From: an uncultured Verrucomicrobiae bacterium
GTDB lineage: Bacteria > Verrucomicrobiota > Verrucomicrobiia > Chthoniobacterales > Chthoniobacteraceae
DNA: 64,000 nt
Direction of reading: 5' to 3'
Assembly: GCA_963828525.1 (NCBI GenBank)
Contig: CAWHEP010000001.1
Coordinates: 1-64,000 of the forward strand
The stretch's first letter is position 1. Every line of letters starts with the position of its first letter. Shown here piece by piece: positions 20,418-30,770 of the stretch. The notes under the pieces are model-generated. The model worked only from the letters and a program-made list of their open reading frames with translations, was not told the origin of the DNA and ran no database searches. The translations under genes and the position numbers were made by a program.

Positions 20418-20930
20418 CTACGAGCCCGAACCAACGTATTCGGCAGAATAGGTGTCGAATTTTGCGGTGGCGCCTACCGGTGGAGCGGTTTCGACGTCGT
20501 ACACTTCGTTGCCGACTACTTGCTGGGATTCCGTGTCCCAGATCATGACGCTTTTCTCTACGGGCTTTGAGGATTGTGTGGCGACAGGGGAGCTCTTTTC
20601 AGTGTCTACGGCGATGTAGCGTGCTTTCTTCCGGAGTGTTTGGGCGGCTCTGCGGCCCCGTTGCGCGGCGAGTTCGCGCTGGCGTATTGTGGCCTGATGT
20701 TTAGCGACAATTTTGACGAAGTGGACGATTGAACTGAAATCGGCTTCCGACATCTCACCACTCGATTTGAGCTTCACTTTGACGACGCCCTGGTCCGTCT
20801 CCATTTTGCTGGATTTGACGTCCATGACTTTGAACGTGCTGGTTTCGGCTTCCTGTTTTTCCGCGCATCCGGAAAGAGCGAGGAGCAGGAGGGAGGCGGA
20901 GAGGATGGCGGGAAGTGGTTTGGGGAGCAT
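20418..20930 (-). CDS. Hypothetical lipoprotein
   Basis: Signal peptide ending in lipobox LSGC. Confidence 0.75.
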   Translation of the reverse strand: MLPKPLPAILSASLLLLALSGCAEKQEAETSTFKVMDVKSSKMETDQGVVKVKLKSSGEMSEADFSSIVHFVKIVAKHQATIRQRELAAQRGRRAAQTLRKKARYIAVDTEKSSPVATQSSKPVEKSVMIWDTESQQVVGNEVYDVETAPPVGATAKFDTYSAEYVGSGS

Positions 20931-20963
20931 GGGGAGCTTTGGATTGGGGAGCAGGCGTTTCGG

Positions 20964-21905
20964 TCAGGAGGGGATGGTAGTGCGGAGCAGGGAAGCGGGC
21001 TTTGCGCCCGACGTGAGGAGTTTATCGGCTTGGCACGCGGCGACGAGGAAGAAATCTCCGGGGGAGAATCGGGCGCCTGCGCAGTCGACTTCGCCTTCGA
21101 GGCAGGTGATGATGGCCGATTGGGCAGCGCCGCAGGCGGCGCGCGGGGCGGTGAGCGTCCACTTTTCCACATTGAATAATTCGCAGTCGACAACCGTTTC
21201 GGAGCCCTTGGGCTGAAGGGATGGTTCGGCGTCGTTGAAGTCTATGGAGCGAAGCGATTCCTCGATGTGGAGCTGGCGTGGTTTTCCGTCGAGGCCGGAT
21301 CGGTTCCAGTCAAAGACGCGATAGGTCGTATCGCTGTTCTGCTGAACTTCGACGATGACGGTGCCGGCTCCGATTGCGTGAACGCGTCCGCTCGGGATGA
21401 ATATGGCATCGCCTGCTTTGACGTCGATGCGATGCAGTTTGCCGGCGAGGTCGCCCGACTTAAGCGCCTGCTCGAATTCGGCGCGGTCCACGCCTTGTCT
21501 CAAGCCCGCGAAGATGTCTCCCTCGGGATTGGCATCGGCGATATACCACATCTCCGTTTTGGGTTCGCCGCGCAGTTCTCCAGCGACGGACGCGGGGGGA
21601 TGAACCTGCACGGATAGCCGCTCGCGGGCATCGAGTAGTTTGAGAAGGAGAGGAAAACGCGGGGCGTCAGGAACTTCTCCAAAGATGGCGGCGCGATGTT
21701 CCGTCCAGAGGTCGTGGAGGGTGCTGCCCTGGAGTGGGCCTGAGTGGACGACGCTTTGCGCTTCCTCGCGATCCACAAGTTCCCAGGATTCACCGATACG
21801 CGCGCCGGACGGGAGGTTCTTGTGAAAAAGGGATTCGAGGTGCCTGCCACCCCAGACACGTTCCATGAAGAGAGGTTCGAAGACGAGAGGTTGTGTGATT
21901 TGCAT
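20964..21905 (-). CDS. manA: Class I mannose-6-phosphate isomerase
   Basis: VWGG, IGESWE, PLLLKLLDA..LSVQVHP, KTEMWY, GRVHAIG and EVQQNSDTTYRVFDW. Confidence 0.92.
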   Translation of the reverse strand: MQITQPLVFEPLFMERVWGGRHLESLFHKNLPSGARIGESWELVDREEAQSVVHSGPLQGSTLHDLWTEHRAAIFGEVPDAPRFPLLLKLLDARERLSVQVHPPASVAGELRGEPKTEMWYIADANPEGDIFAGLRQGVDRAEFEQALKSGDLAGKLHRIDVKAGDAIFIPSGRVHAIGAGTVIVEVQQNSDTTYRVFDWNRSGLDGKPRQLHIEESLRSIDFNDAEPSLQPKGSETVVDCELFNVEKWTLTAPRAACGAAQSAIITCLEGEVDCAGARFSPGDFFLVAACQADKLLTSGAKPASLLRTTIPS

Positions 21906-21937
21906 GAAGAGAAGGGGTGACGGGAAATCAGTTTACC

Positions 21938-22594
21938 CTAGACGGATCGGTTTGTGAAGAGGCGGGGATGGCGGTTCCGGGCGGACAACAAGTCGGCTTC
22001 CGTGTCGATGTCGTCCAGCATGGGGAGCAGGTGGACTTTGAGGCTGGCGGAGCTTGCCGCATGGAGGGTTTGCGGAAGTGTCTGAAGGGAGCTCCACGGA
22101 ATATTCTCGAAGAGGATGGGATGGAGGCGGTTCATAGCCAAGAGGTAGTAGCCGCCGTCGGAGCAGGGGCCGAGGACGCAGTCGCAAGTTTCGAGAGATC
22201 GCCACGTTTCCGTGAACGTTGAGTCGGATAGGTCAATGCAGTCGCTGCCGATGATGGCGACTCTCTGGTGGCCGATGCTGAACGCGGTTTGGAAAGCCGC
22301 GCGCATTCTGTCGCCAAGGTCCCCGGCGATTTGCGGGATAAACTGGGCATGGGACGGCAGCATCGGTGTCAGCCATTCCTGGATCTCGAGCTGTTTGTCC
22401 GGCGGGTCGAAATGGACATACAGGGCGGCATTGGGCGGAAGGATGGCGCAAATTTCGGAGGTCAGACTCCGGTAGATGGCAGCGGCGGCATTGGGGCCGA
22501 CGGTCGAGGCCATGCGGGTTTTTACCCTGCCCGGCTCTGGGTTTTTCACAAAGAAGAGGAGAGCGTCCGCGGCTTGTGAAGGGGGTTGGTTCAT
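21938..22594 (-). CDS. DUF2064/TIGR04282-family glycosyltransferase-like protein
   Basis: FVKNPEPGRVKTR, GDLGDRM, IIGSDC, VLGPCSDGGYYLL and DDIDTEAD. The ATG at 22594 overlaps the MFS stop. Confidence 0.88.
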   Translation of the reverse strand: MNQPPSQAADALLFFVKNPEPGRVKTRMASTVGPNAAAAIYRSLTSEICAILPPNAALYVHFDPPDKQLEIQEWLTPMLPSHAQFIPQIAGDLGDRMRAAFQTAFSIGHQRVAIIGSDCIDLSDSTFTETWRSLETCDCVLGPCSDGGYYLLAMNRLHPILFENIPWSSLQTLPQTLHAASSASLKVHLLPMLDDIDTEADLLSARNRHPRLFTNRSV

Positions 22595-23790
22595 GCGGCG
22601 TTGAGACGCCTGCCGTAAAGCGCGCTGATGCCTATGGCGCAGAGGAGGGCAGCGATGGCGAGGGAGCAGACGCCGAGCCATCCGAAACGATGCCAGGCCA
22701 GAGCGCCCAGGTAGGAACCGGAGGCTCCGCCGGTGAAGTAGGTGACCATGTAAACCATATTCAAGCGGCTGCGGGCATTGGGATCGATGCTGTAGATGCG
22801 CGTTTGGTTGGAGACATGGGCAATCTGGACGCCGAGATCCATGAGGATGACGCCCGCGATGAGCCCGAGCATGGATCTGCCAGCAACAGCCATAAGGATA
22901 AATGCGGCGAGTGACATCCAGAGGCCGACGGCAACGGTCACACGGGGCCCGTGTTTATCGGCCAGATGTCCCACTGTGCGGGCGCCGAGAGCGCCCACGG
23001 CGCCGACCAGACCGAACAGCCCCGCAACGGTGCTGCCGCTGTGGTATGGAGGAGACTGGAGAAGGAAGATGAGCGTCGTCCAAAAAGCGCTGAAGGCGCA
23101 GAATAGCATGGCCCCGATGATGGCCGACTCGCGCAGGGCGGCATGGCGGACTGCCAGGCCGAAGGCGGAGCGGATGAGGGCGGGCCACGAGATGACCTGT
23201 TCCGGCACGCTGCGCGGAAGGCGAAAGCGCAGGACAACGGCGAGGAGGATCATGGCGACGGCAGCGGTGGCGTAAACCGCGCGCCAGCCGAACGCAGCTC
23301 CGACAAAGCCGCTAAACGTCCGAGCCAGGAGAATGCCGAACAGGAGGCCACCCAGGACGGAGCCCACGACCTTCCCTCGCTCGCGGGGGCTGGCAAGGTG
23401 CGCGGCAAAGGGCACCACCACGTGGACTGTCGCGCCCGTAGCGCCCACGGCAAAGCTGGCCAGCGCAAGCCACAGCGTGTTTTGCGCGACGGCGACGAGG
23501 GCGAGCGAAAGGGCGGCGGCACAGAGGAGCAGGGTGATGAGACCGCGCCGCTCGAACTTATCGCCCAGCGGGACGAAAAGGAACATCCCGGTGGCGGTGC
23601 CTACCTGGCATAGCATGGCGATGCCGCCGGCGCGGGTGACTGTAAGGCCGAACGCGCGGGCGATGTCCGCGAGGAGCGGCTGGGCGTAGTAGATGTTCGC
23701 GACAATCAAACCAGCAGCGCTGGCCATCAGCCACACAGTGGAGGAGGGAAGCGGGGGCGGCTCTTGCGACTGGGTGGTGGGGATCGGCAT
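22591..23790 (-). CDS. MFS transporter
   Basis: Multi-TM profile with ANIYYAQPLL and VPLGDKFERR. Confidence 0.9.
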   Translation of the reverse strand: MPIPTTQSQEPPPLPSSTVWLMASAAGLIVANIYYAQPLLADIARAFGLTVTRAGGIAMLCQVGTATGMFLFVPLGDKFERRGLITLLLCAAALSLALVAVAQNTLWLALASFAVGATGATVHVVVPFAAHLASPRERGKVVGSVLGGLLFGILLARTFSGFVGAAFGWRAVYATAAVAMILLAVVLRFRLPRSVPEQVISWPALIRSAFGLAVRHAALRESAIIGAMLFCAFSAFWTTLIFLLQSPPYHSGSTVAGLFGLVGAVGALGARTVGHLADKHGPRVTVAVGLWMSLAAFILMAVAGRSMLGLIAGVILMDLGVQIAHVSNQTRIYSIDPNARSRLNMVYMVTYFTGGASGSYLGALAWHRFGWLGVCSLAIAALLCAIGISALYGRRLNAA

Positions 23791-24469
23791 TTAGGGGATG
23801 AAGGTCTCCAGGTCCGCGTGGGCGCAATGCTCCACGCGCGTTCCTTCCAAAAACCGCCAAGGCTGCCACGTACTTGGGGGCGGGTTCGAAATCCGTGAGC
23901 TGCCACGCGCGGTTGGTCGCCGGGTAGGTGACTTTGCAAGGCCACTCGTCGGAAAGGGAAGCTACGGTGAAGGATTGAAGACCCCCCGCGATGCCACAGC
24001 CTTCCGCCTTCAGGATGGCTTCCTTTCGCGCCCAGATTCTGTAGAAGAGGGAGGCGATGTCGCCGCCTGGCTCAGAAAGGACTTGGCGTTCCTCCGGGGA
24101 GAAGAACGAGGCGGCCAACTCCGTGAAGGAAGCAATCCGGTGAACGGACTCGACATCGATCCCCACTGGCGAATGCTCGCTCCAGGCGAGGAGGACGAAG
24201 TCGCCACTGTGCGCGACGTTGAACTCGAACGGGCTGCGTCCGTCTCGCAGCCCCGGCTTGCCTGAGATACCCACGGTGAAGGTGACGTCCTTTGGAGCCA
24301 CGCCGGCGTAGCGCGCCGAGGTGAGTCGCGTTGCGGCTCTGCCGAGGATGAACCGCTGGCGATCCTCGTCTCTAAGGAAACGGCGGGCCCGCTGTTTTTC
24401 CTCCGGGGAGAGGATCTCAAGAAGAGCCGAAAAGCGAGCCTGGTATTCGGAAACACGCAGAGTGCTCAC
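23791..24469 (-). CDS. Sfp-type 4'-phosphopantetheinyl transferase (frameshift in a T-run near 23850)
   Basis: GKP, FNVAHSG, VGIDVE and WARKEAILKAEG. Removing one T gives ...VLEGTRVEHCAHADLETFIP* ending just before the MFS ATG. Confidence 0.88.
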
Positions 24470-24566
24470 CCAGACGACGGGATCCGCTTTGAAGAAGGGA
24501 GGTTCGATGTTCCCACCTTATTGGCGGGCGCGGCGGAGTCCACCGGTTTGACGGGAAGGCGATCGC

Positions 24567-25808
24567 GTGATGGATTCAACGATGTTAAACCTGCGGGCGG
24601 AAAAGAGAGAAACTGGCGGCGGAGACGGCGCGGGGGCGGTGTTCATCGTGCTGGGGGCAATCAGTTTTTCCCACATGGTGAACGACACCATCCAGTCGGT
24701 CATCCCTGCAATTTACCCGCTTTTGAAGGCGTCGTACCGCCTCGACTTTGCGCAGGTGGGAATGATCACCCTTTGCTTTCAGATGACAGCGTCTCTGCTT
24801 CAGCCGTTTGTCGGCATTTTTACAGATCGCAGGCCAATGCCGTATTCGCTGGCGGCAGGGATGACCATCACACTTGTGGGACTGGTGTCGCTCTCTCGCG
24901 CGGGCAGCTTTCCGGCGCTGCTTGTCTCCGCCGCGCTGGTCGGGATGGGTTCGGCAGTGTTCCACCCGGAATCTTCGCGCGTAGCGCACATGGCGTCGGG
25001 CGGGAGACATGGGATGGCGCAATCGCTGTTTCAGGTCGGCGGGAACGCCGGGAGTTCTTTGGGGCCTTTGCTGGCTGCGGCGATTGTTGTTCCGCGAGGG
25101 CAGGCGCATGTGTTGTGGTTTGCGGTGCTGGCGGTCGCGGGCATCCTCATTCTCTCCTTTGTGGGACGGTGGTACCAGAAAAACACGCGCAAGGCAGCGC
25201 GAAGGAGCGAGCGATGCGGAAGTGACGAGGCGCTGCCGCGAAAGCGGGTGGTGATGGCGCTGGCGATCCTGGTGGCGCTAATTTTCTCAAAGTATTTCTA
25301 TCTCGCCTGCATCAGCAGCTACTACACGTTTTACCTGATCGCGAAGTTCCACGTTTCCGTTCAGCGGGCGCAGATTCAACTTTTTCTGTTTATGTTCGCC
25401 GTCGCGGCAGGGACTTTTCTGGGCGGGCCAATAGGAGACCGTTTTGGACGCAAGAACGTCATCTGGGTTTCGATCCTGGGAGTGGCGCCGTTCACGTTGC
25501 TTCTGCCTTACGCGGATTTGTTTTGGACGAGCGCTCTGTCCGTGTGTGTGGGCGTGATCCTGGCTTCCGCGTTTTCAGCGATCCTCGTTTATGCGCAGGA
25601 CCTCGTGCCCGGGAACGTGGGAATGATCGCGGGCATCTTTTTCGGGCTGGCTTTCGGAATGGGCGGCATCGGGTCAGCCATGCTGGGGTATCTGGCAGAT
25701 CGAACGAACATCCAATACGTCTTCAAAGTATGTTCTTTCCTGCCGTTGATCGGGTTGCTGACGGCATTTCTTCCCGGGTTAAAACAAAGCGGCATCAAGC
25801 GCGCGTAG
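24567..25808 (+). CDS. fsr: MFS transporter, fosmidomycin-resistance (Fsr) family
   Basis: SHMVNDTIQS, VFHPESSRVA and AQSLFQVGGNAGSSLGPL. Confidence 0.88.
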   Translation: MMDSTMLNLRAEKRETGGGDGAGAVFIVLGAISFSHMVNDTIQSVIPAIYPLLKASYRLDFAQVGMITLCFQMTASLLQPFVGIFTDRRPMPYSLAAGMTITLVGLVSLSRAGSFPALLVSAALVGMGSAVFHPESSRVAHMASGGRHGMAQSLFQVGGNAGSSLGPLLAAAIVVPRGQAHVLWFAVLAVAGILILSFVGRWYQKNTRKAARRSERCGSDEALPRKRVVMALAILVALIFSKYFYLACISSYYTFYLIAKFHVSVQRAQIQLFLFMFAVAAGTFLGGPIGDRFGRKNVIWVSILGVAPFTLLLPYADLFWTSALSVCVGVILASAFSAILVYAQDLVPGNVGMIAGIFFGLAFGMGGIGSAMLGYLADRTNIQYVFKVCSFLPLIGLLTAFLPGLKQSGIKRA

Positions 25809-25812
25809 GTCG

Positions 25813-27474
25813 CTAACGCGAGCCCTTCCGAAAGCGGTGGGTGAGGGCATGAGCTTCGGGGACGCCGAAGGTCATGGTGATCGCGAAATAGATGATGGCA
25901 AAGACGGAGAGAACTTCGACCATGCTCATCCAGGGGCGATGGAAGATCAGCCACTTGCCGATGGCCCAAGCTCCGAGGGAAGCGAGCAGGGCTGCTGTCC
26001 AGACGATGAGGGGATACTCCCCCGGGAGAGACGTACGGCCGATTTTCAAGCCCAGAGCGCGGCGCAGGAGTAGAAACTCGACCCAGCCCGCGATGCCTGC
26101 CGAGAATGTGAGGCCGATCGCCCCAAGACCCTGCTTGATCCCGGGAAGGGAAGGTTCCGGGAGCTGGAGGACATCCAGCAGGCAAGCGGTCAGCATCGGG
26201 CGCAAAGGGAAAGCAAACAGAATGCCGAGGCCTGCCGTGAGAGCGACTCTGATGATGGCAAAACGGAGAGGAGTGCGGGTATCGCGGAGGGCGTAGAACG
26301 CGGAGGAGTAAAGACGCCCCCAGGAAGCGGCAAGCAGGCCAACGGTGGAACCCATGAGCACATACCAGACGTAGAGCGTATCTTCCGGCCCGAACCGACC
26401 GTGTTGGTAGATGGCGGCGACGATGAACCTGCCGAGGAGGAGAAAGCCAGCCACAGTGGGGATGACGTAGAAGGCGATGGTTCGCTGCCCTGAGATCAGA
26501 CGGGCGCGCAGTTTGGAATGGATTTCCTCCTGGCTGCCGGTGGAACTGGACATTGCCGGGAGTTCAGCAGCGGCGACAGCGACGCCAAACAGACTGATCG
26601 GCAGCATATAGATCGTCTGCACATAGCCGAGACTCGAGACAGCGATGGCGCCAAGATAGCTGGCGATCATGGCATCCACGAAGGCGCTGAGTTGCACCAC
26701 ACCGCGGCTGATGACGACGGGTCCAAGGCTGCCAAACACCTGGCGGACGGGTTGCAGGGTGGTGTCGATGGCGAACCGGATCTCCGAGCCGATGGACTCG
26801 CCGCCCTGCTTTCTACCATAAATGAACGGAAGTTGAACGGTCAGTTGCAGGGCGGCGCCCACAACGGATCCCCACGCAAGCGTTACCGAAAGCGCGTCGG
26901 GATGCTGGCTGTGACCGAACACCAGGAGCGTTACGATCATGGCAAGATTCCAGCAAACGGGAGCGACATACGAGACGAAGAAGAGCCGGTGGCTGTTGAG
27001 GATGCCCAGGCACCAGGCGGACATCACGAAAATGCCCGCGCCTGGGAAGAGAATCTGAACCAGGTGAGACGTGAGCGTTCTCAATTCGCCCGGGAATCCC
27101 GGCGCGACAATATCCACGAGGACGGGAGTGAGCAGCACGCCAAGAAGAACGACGATACTGACGAGAAGACCGAGGAGGCTTGCGACCACGCCCGCAACCC
27201 TGCCAGCCACGTCCTTCTTCCCTTCGGCAAGCAAACGCGAATACACAGGGATAAAGGAGGCCGAAAGAACCCCCTCGCCGCACAAGTTCTGGAGGAAGTT
27301 CGGAATGCGCACGGCGGCGCGAAAGGCGGCAGCGGGAAGGGAGTTGCCGAAATAGTACGCGAACACCTGCTCACGGATGAGGCCTGCGATTCTGCTCAGG
27401 AGGATGCCGGCGGCAACCAATGCGGAAGCGCTCATGGAGCGCGGTCGCTTTGAAACGGGCTGCGCGAGTGACAT
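25813..27474 (-). CDS. murJ: Lipid II flippase MurJ (MviN)
   Basis: SRIAGLIRE, RIPNFLQNLCGEGVLSASFIPVY and FYALRDTRTP. The start codon is uncertain. Confidence 0.93.
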   Translation of the reverse strand: MSLAQPVSKRPRSMSASALVAAGILLSRIAGLIREQVFAYYFGNSLPAAAFRAAVRIPNFLQNLCGEGVLSASFIPVYSRLLAEGKKDVAGRVAGVVASLLGLLVSIVVLLGVLLTPVLVDIVAPGFPGELRTLTSHLVQILFPGAGIFVMSAWCLGILNSHRLFFVSYVAPVCWNLAMIVTLLVFGHSQHPDALSVTLAWGSVVGAALQLTVQLPFIYGRKQGGESIGSEIRFAIDTTLQPVRQVFGSLGPVVISRGVVQLSAFVDAMIASYLGAIAVSSLGYVQTIYMLPISLFGVAVAAAELPAMSSSTGSQEEIHSKLRARLISGQRTIAFYVIPTVAGFLLLGRFIVAAIYQHGRFGPEDTLYVWYVLMGSTVGLLAASWGRLYSSAFYALRDTRTPLRFAIIRVALTAGLGILFAFPLRPMLTACLLDVLQLPEPSLPGIKQGLGAIGLTFSAGIAGWVEFLLLRRALGLKIGRTSLPGEYPLIVWTAALLASLGAWAIGKWLIFHRPWMSMVEVLSVFAIIYFAITMTFGVPEAHALTHRFRKGSR

Positions 27475-27559
27475 GCCGGTATAGAACGACGATTCGCGGG
27501 AGGCGTCTACCACTGTTTAGCTTGTAAAAGGCATCCTCAGAACGCAGGGTGGCAGGCTG

Positions 27560-29791
27560 ATGAAACCTCCCAGCGCTGAATCGAAAGCGCTCAATTCACG
27601 CATCCTGGAATTGTTGCGGGCGCCCAGCTATCGGCCTCTCGATAAGGTGGACATCTCAAAGGCGCTCCGCCTGCCCGCGGAACGGCGCGCGGAATTACGG
27701 GGGCTGTTGCGAGAAATGGAGGAACGAGGGGAAATCGCGCGCATCCGCAAAGACCGCTATGTGCTGCCTGAGACGGCGGATTTAGTCACCGGGGTCTTGC
27801 AGGTGCATCAGCGGGGGAACGCGCATTTGATCGGAGAACGTCCAGGGCAGGCGGACATCTTCGTGTCGGCGGAGAATACATGGACGGCGCTGGATGGAGA
27901 CAGGGTTGTAGCGCGGATCATTGACGAGGGAATCGTCGATCAGAGACGGCGGGCTCCTTCGCGAAGCGGGCCGCGCGTTGAGGCGCGCGTAATCCGGATA
28001 TTGCGCAGGGCGCATGAGACGATTGTCGGCACCCTGCAGAGATCCAACAAATTTTTTTACGTCATCCCTGACAGTCCGCGGATGGTCCATAACGTGTATG
28101 TCCACCCCGGGGCTGTGGCGCTGCCGCGGCAGGCTGAGGTGGGAGACAAAGTGGTGGTAAAGCTGGACCCATGGGAGAGCCGGCACGTTAATCCCGAGGG
28201 AGAGATCACCGAAGTGCTGGGAGCGGCGACGGACCCCGGTGTGGACATGCTGTCGATCCTCCGCAAATACCACCTGCCGGAAGAGTTCCCCGCAGCGGTG
28301 ATGAAGGAAGCGGAGAGGATCAGCGAGACCATCGAGGAGGCGGAAATCGGGAGACGGGAAGATCTGCGGGGGCAGATGATCGTCACGATCGATCCTGACG
28401 ACGCCAAGGACTTCGACGACGCGATCTTTGTCGAGAAACTGCCGGCTGGATGGCGCGTGGGCATCCACATCGCGGATGTCTCACACTATGTGAAACCTGG
28501 AGGCGCGATGGATCGGGAGGCTTGGGAGCGCGGGAATAGCGTTTACCTCGTGGATCGCGTAATCCCGATGCTGCCGGAAAAGCTGAGCAACGGCATTTGC
28601 AGTTTGAAGCCGAACGTGGACAGGCTGGCGAAATCCGTTTTCATCGAGTTCAACAAGAGCGGCAACATCAAGTCGGCTCGTTTCGGATCAAGCGTGATCC
28701 GAAGCGCGGCGCGTTTGACTTACAAGGAGGCTTTCGCGCTCCTGAGCGGCGAAGCGCGGACGCCGCTGGGCGAGCGGCTGCACACAGCGTGGGAGCTGGC
28801 GTCGTTGTTGCGCAAGAAGCGGTTCGAGGCCGGATCGCTTGAGCTCGATTTTCCGGAGGTGAAGGTGATCCTGGACGCGGACAAGAAGCCGGTGCGGATG
28901 GAGAAGATCGAGAACGACATCTCGCACCAGCTCGTCGAGGAGTTTATGCTGGCAGCGAACGAGGTGGTGGCGCGCGAGTTGAAGAACCGCCTGATTCCCG
29001 CGGTTTACCGGGTGCATGAGGATCCAGACGCGGCGAAGCTAGCTGAATTCAGGGAGTTTGCGGCGAGCTACGAATACCGGGTAGGCGACCTCACGTTGCG
29101 GAAAGAGGTGCAGCGTTTCCTGAGCATCATCCGAGGCAAGCCGGAGGAGTATGCCCTGAAGATCGGATTCCTGAAGAGCCTGAAGAGAGCCACCTATGGC
29201 ACAGAGCCCTTGGGTCACTATGGGCTGGCAAAGGTGAATTACACCCATTTTACAAGCCCAATTCGGCGTTATGCCGACCTCGTAGTCCACCGCGCCCTGG
29301 AAGGAATGATCGGCGAGGAAGGCGGGCGGCGGGGCAGAACGTCGGTGGCATCGCTGACAGCGACAGCCGAGCACATTTCATTGACCGAGAGGACGGCGAC
29401 AGACGCGGAGCGGGAATCTGTGAAGATGAAGAAGATCGAGTTCTTCCAGGGGCAACTGAAGTTGAAGACCCCGGACGTATTTAAGGCGGTGGTGCTGGAC
29501 GTGCGCAGCTATGGGCTGTTGATCGAGCTGCCCAATTTCCTGATGACGGGCCTCGTGCATGTCTCGGCGCTGGTGGATGATTTCTATTCGTTCGATTCCG
29601 TGCGGCTCCGCTATGTGGGGCGGAAAACCAAGAAGATATACGGAATCGGGAATGACCTGGAGGTGGTGGTGGCGCGGGTCGACACTTACAAGCAACAGAT
29701 TGATTTCAGGCCTCCTGAACCCGCTAAGAACCCGAGCGCCGAGAGGAATTTCCAAGCGCAAACGCGGAGGCGCAGAGGGAGAAGAGGTTAG
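27560..29791 (+). CDS. rnr: Ribonuclease R
   Basis: TIDPDDAKDFDDA, HIADVSHYV, HFTSPIRRYADL and a C-terminal S1 domain. Confidence 0.96.
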   Translation: MKPPSAESKALNSRILELLRAPSYRPLDKVDISKALRLPAERRAELRGLLREMEERGEIARIRKDRYVLPETADLVTGVLQVHQRGNAHLIGERPGQADIFVSAENTWTALDGDRVVARIIDEGIVDQRRRAPSRSGPRVEARVIRILRRAHETIVGTLQRSNKFFYVIPDSPRMVHNVYVHPGAVALPRQAEVGDKVVVKLDPWESRHVNPEGEITEVLGAATDPGVDMLSILRKYHLPEEFPAAVMKEAERISETIEEAEIGRREDLRGQMIVTIDPDDAKDFDDAIFVEKLPAGWRVGIHIADVSHYVKPGGAMDREAWERGNSVYLVDRVIPMLPEKLSNGICSLKPNVDRLAKSVFIEFNKSGNIKSARFGSSVIRSAARLTYKEAFALLSGEARTPLGERLHTAWELASLLRKKRFEAGSLELDFPEVKVILDADKKPVRMEKIENDISHQLVEEFMLAANEVVARELKNRLIPAVYRVHEDPDAAKLAEFREFAASYEYRVGDLTLRKEVQRFLSIIRGKPEEYALKIGFLKSLKRATYGTEPLGHYGLAKVNYTHFTSPIRRYADLVVHRALEGMIGEEGGRRGRTSVASLTATAEHISLTERTATDAERESVKMKKIEFFQGQLKLKTPDVFKAVVLDVRSYGLLIELPNFLMTGLVHVSALVDDFYSFDSVRLRYVGRKTKKIYGIGNDLEVVVARVDTYKQQIDFRPPEPAKNPSAERNFQAQTRRRRGRRG

Positions 29792-30633
29792 AGCATGTGA
29801 ACGGGGAGGGACTCGTTCTGAGGTGAACTGGGCTCAGGTGAAGGACGGTTCCGTTCAAGGGCGGACCAGTATTGGTCAGGGCGAAGGGGGATTTTCTCGC
29901 GCATCAGTCTGGCCCACGGAACTTCAGTAAGGAGAAGGTCAACCTGATCCCAGGAGAGTAGGAATTCGGGAGCGCGCCCGCCGAGTTTGGAGGAGTCGAG
30001 ACAAAGGACGGATTTTGCGGCCCGGCGCGCGGCGGCTTGCTGCTGGCTCACGACCGCCGGGGTGGAGTTCCAGATTCCCGATTCGTCCATGCCTTCGGCG
30101 GAGAACAGCGCAAGATCAAACCTCCAGAATTCGAGGCTCCTTTCGGCTGCTTCTCCAAGCAAAGCGGATTGTCTTGGCAGGAGGCGGCCCGCCAGTAGGA
30201 AGACTTCGACGCCGGGGACTGCGGCGAGCATTTCGCCGACAGGTATGTTTGAGGTGATGATGCTGATGGGTGTTACGGGCTTATCCCGGAAAGCTTCGGC
30301 GATGGCGAACATGGTTGTGCCGGAATCCATGAAGCAGGTGCTGCCCGGAGTGAAGAGGCAGAGCGAGGCGGAGGCAATCTTGGCCTTGGCCGACCGCGCG
30401 TTCTGGCAGCGCTCGGCGAAGGAAGGGAATCGATTGTCAAAGTCTGCAACCGCGCCTCCGTGGGTGCGCTTGATCCGCTTCTGGCTGGCGAGCGCGGCGA
30501 GATCACGCCGCGCTGTTGCCTCCGAGACGCCGAGACGCGAACAGAGTTCGCTGACAGGCATATAGCCATTGTGAGCGATGAGCCCGGCGAGGCGGTCCCG
30601 TCGGTTCTGGACGATATGAAGAGGAACCTTCAA
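29788..30633 (-). CDS. DeoR/GlpR-family transcriptional regulator
   Basis: LGVSEATARRDL, RTHGGA, AKAKIA, MDSGTT and DSSKLG. Confidence 0.93.
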   Translation of the reverse strand: MKVPLHIVQNRRDRLAGLIAHNGYMPVSELCSRLGVSEATARRDLAALASQKRIKRTHGGAVADFDNRFPSFAERCQNARSAKAKIASASLCLFTPGSTCFMDSGTTMFAIAEAFRDKPVTPISIITSNIPVGEMLAAVPGVEVFLLAGRLLPRQSALLGEAAERSLEFWRFDLALFSAEGMDESGIWNSTPAVVSQQQAAARRAAKSVLCLDSSKLGGRAPEFLLSWDQVDLLLTEVPWARLMREKIPLRPDQYWSALERNRPSPEPSSPQNESLPVHML

Positions 30634-30652
30634 CCGGCCCGAAGGTATGGTA

Positions 30653-30671
30653 ATGATTGGAAGCGATCAAA
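30653..30671. promoter_or_regulatory. Candidate DeoR operator (autoregulatory)
   Basis: ATGATTG-GAAG-CGATCAAA, an imperfect palindrome about 20 nt upstream of the deoR start. It matches 53435-53454. Confidence 0.55.
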
Positions 30672-30770
30672 TAGAATGGTTGAATTCAGGAAGAAGGCGC
30701 TGGGCGAGAATGACGAGGTAGATCTAATTGCGACACGTCCGGACGCTCGGCGCCACGCGAATCTACGAGG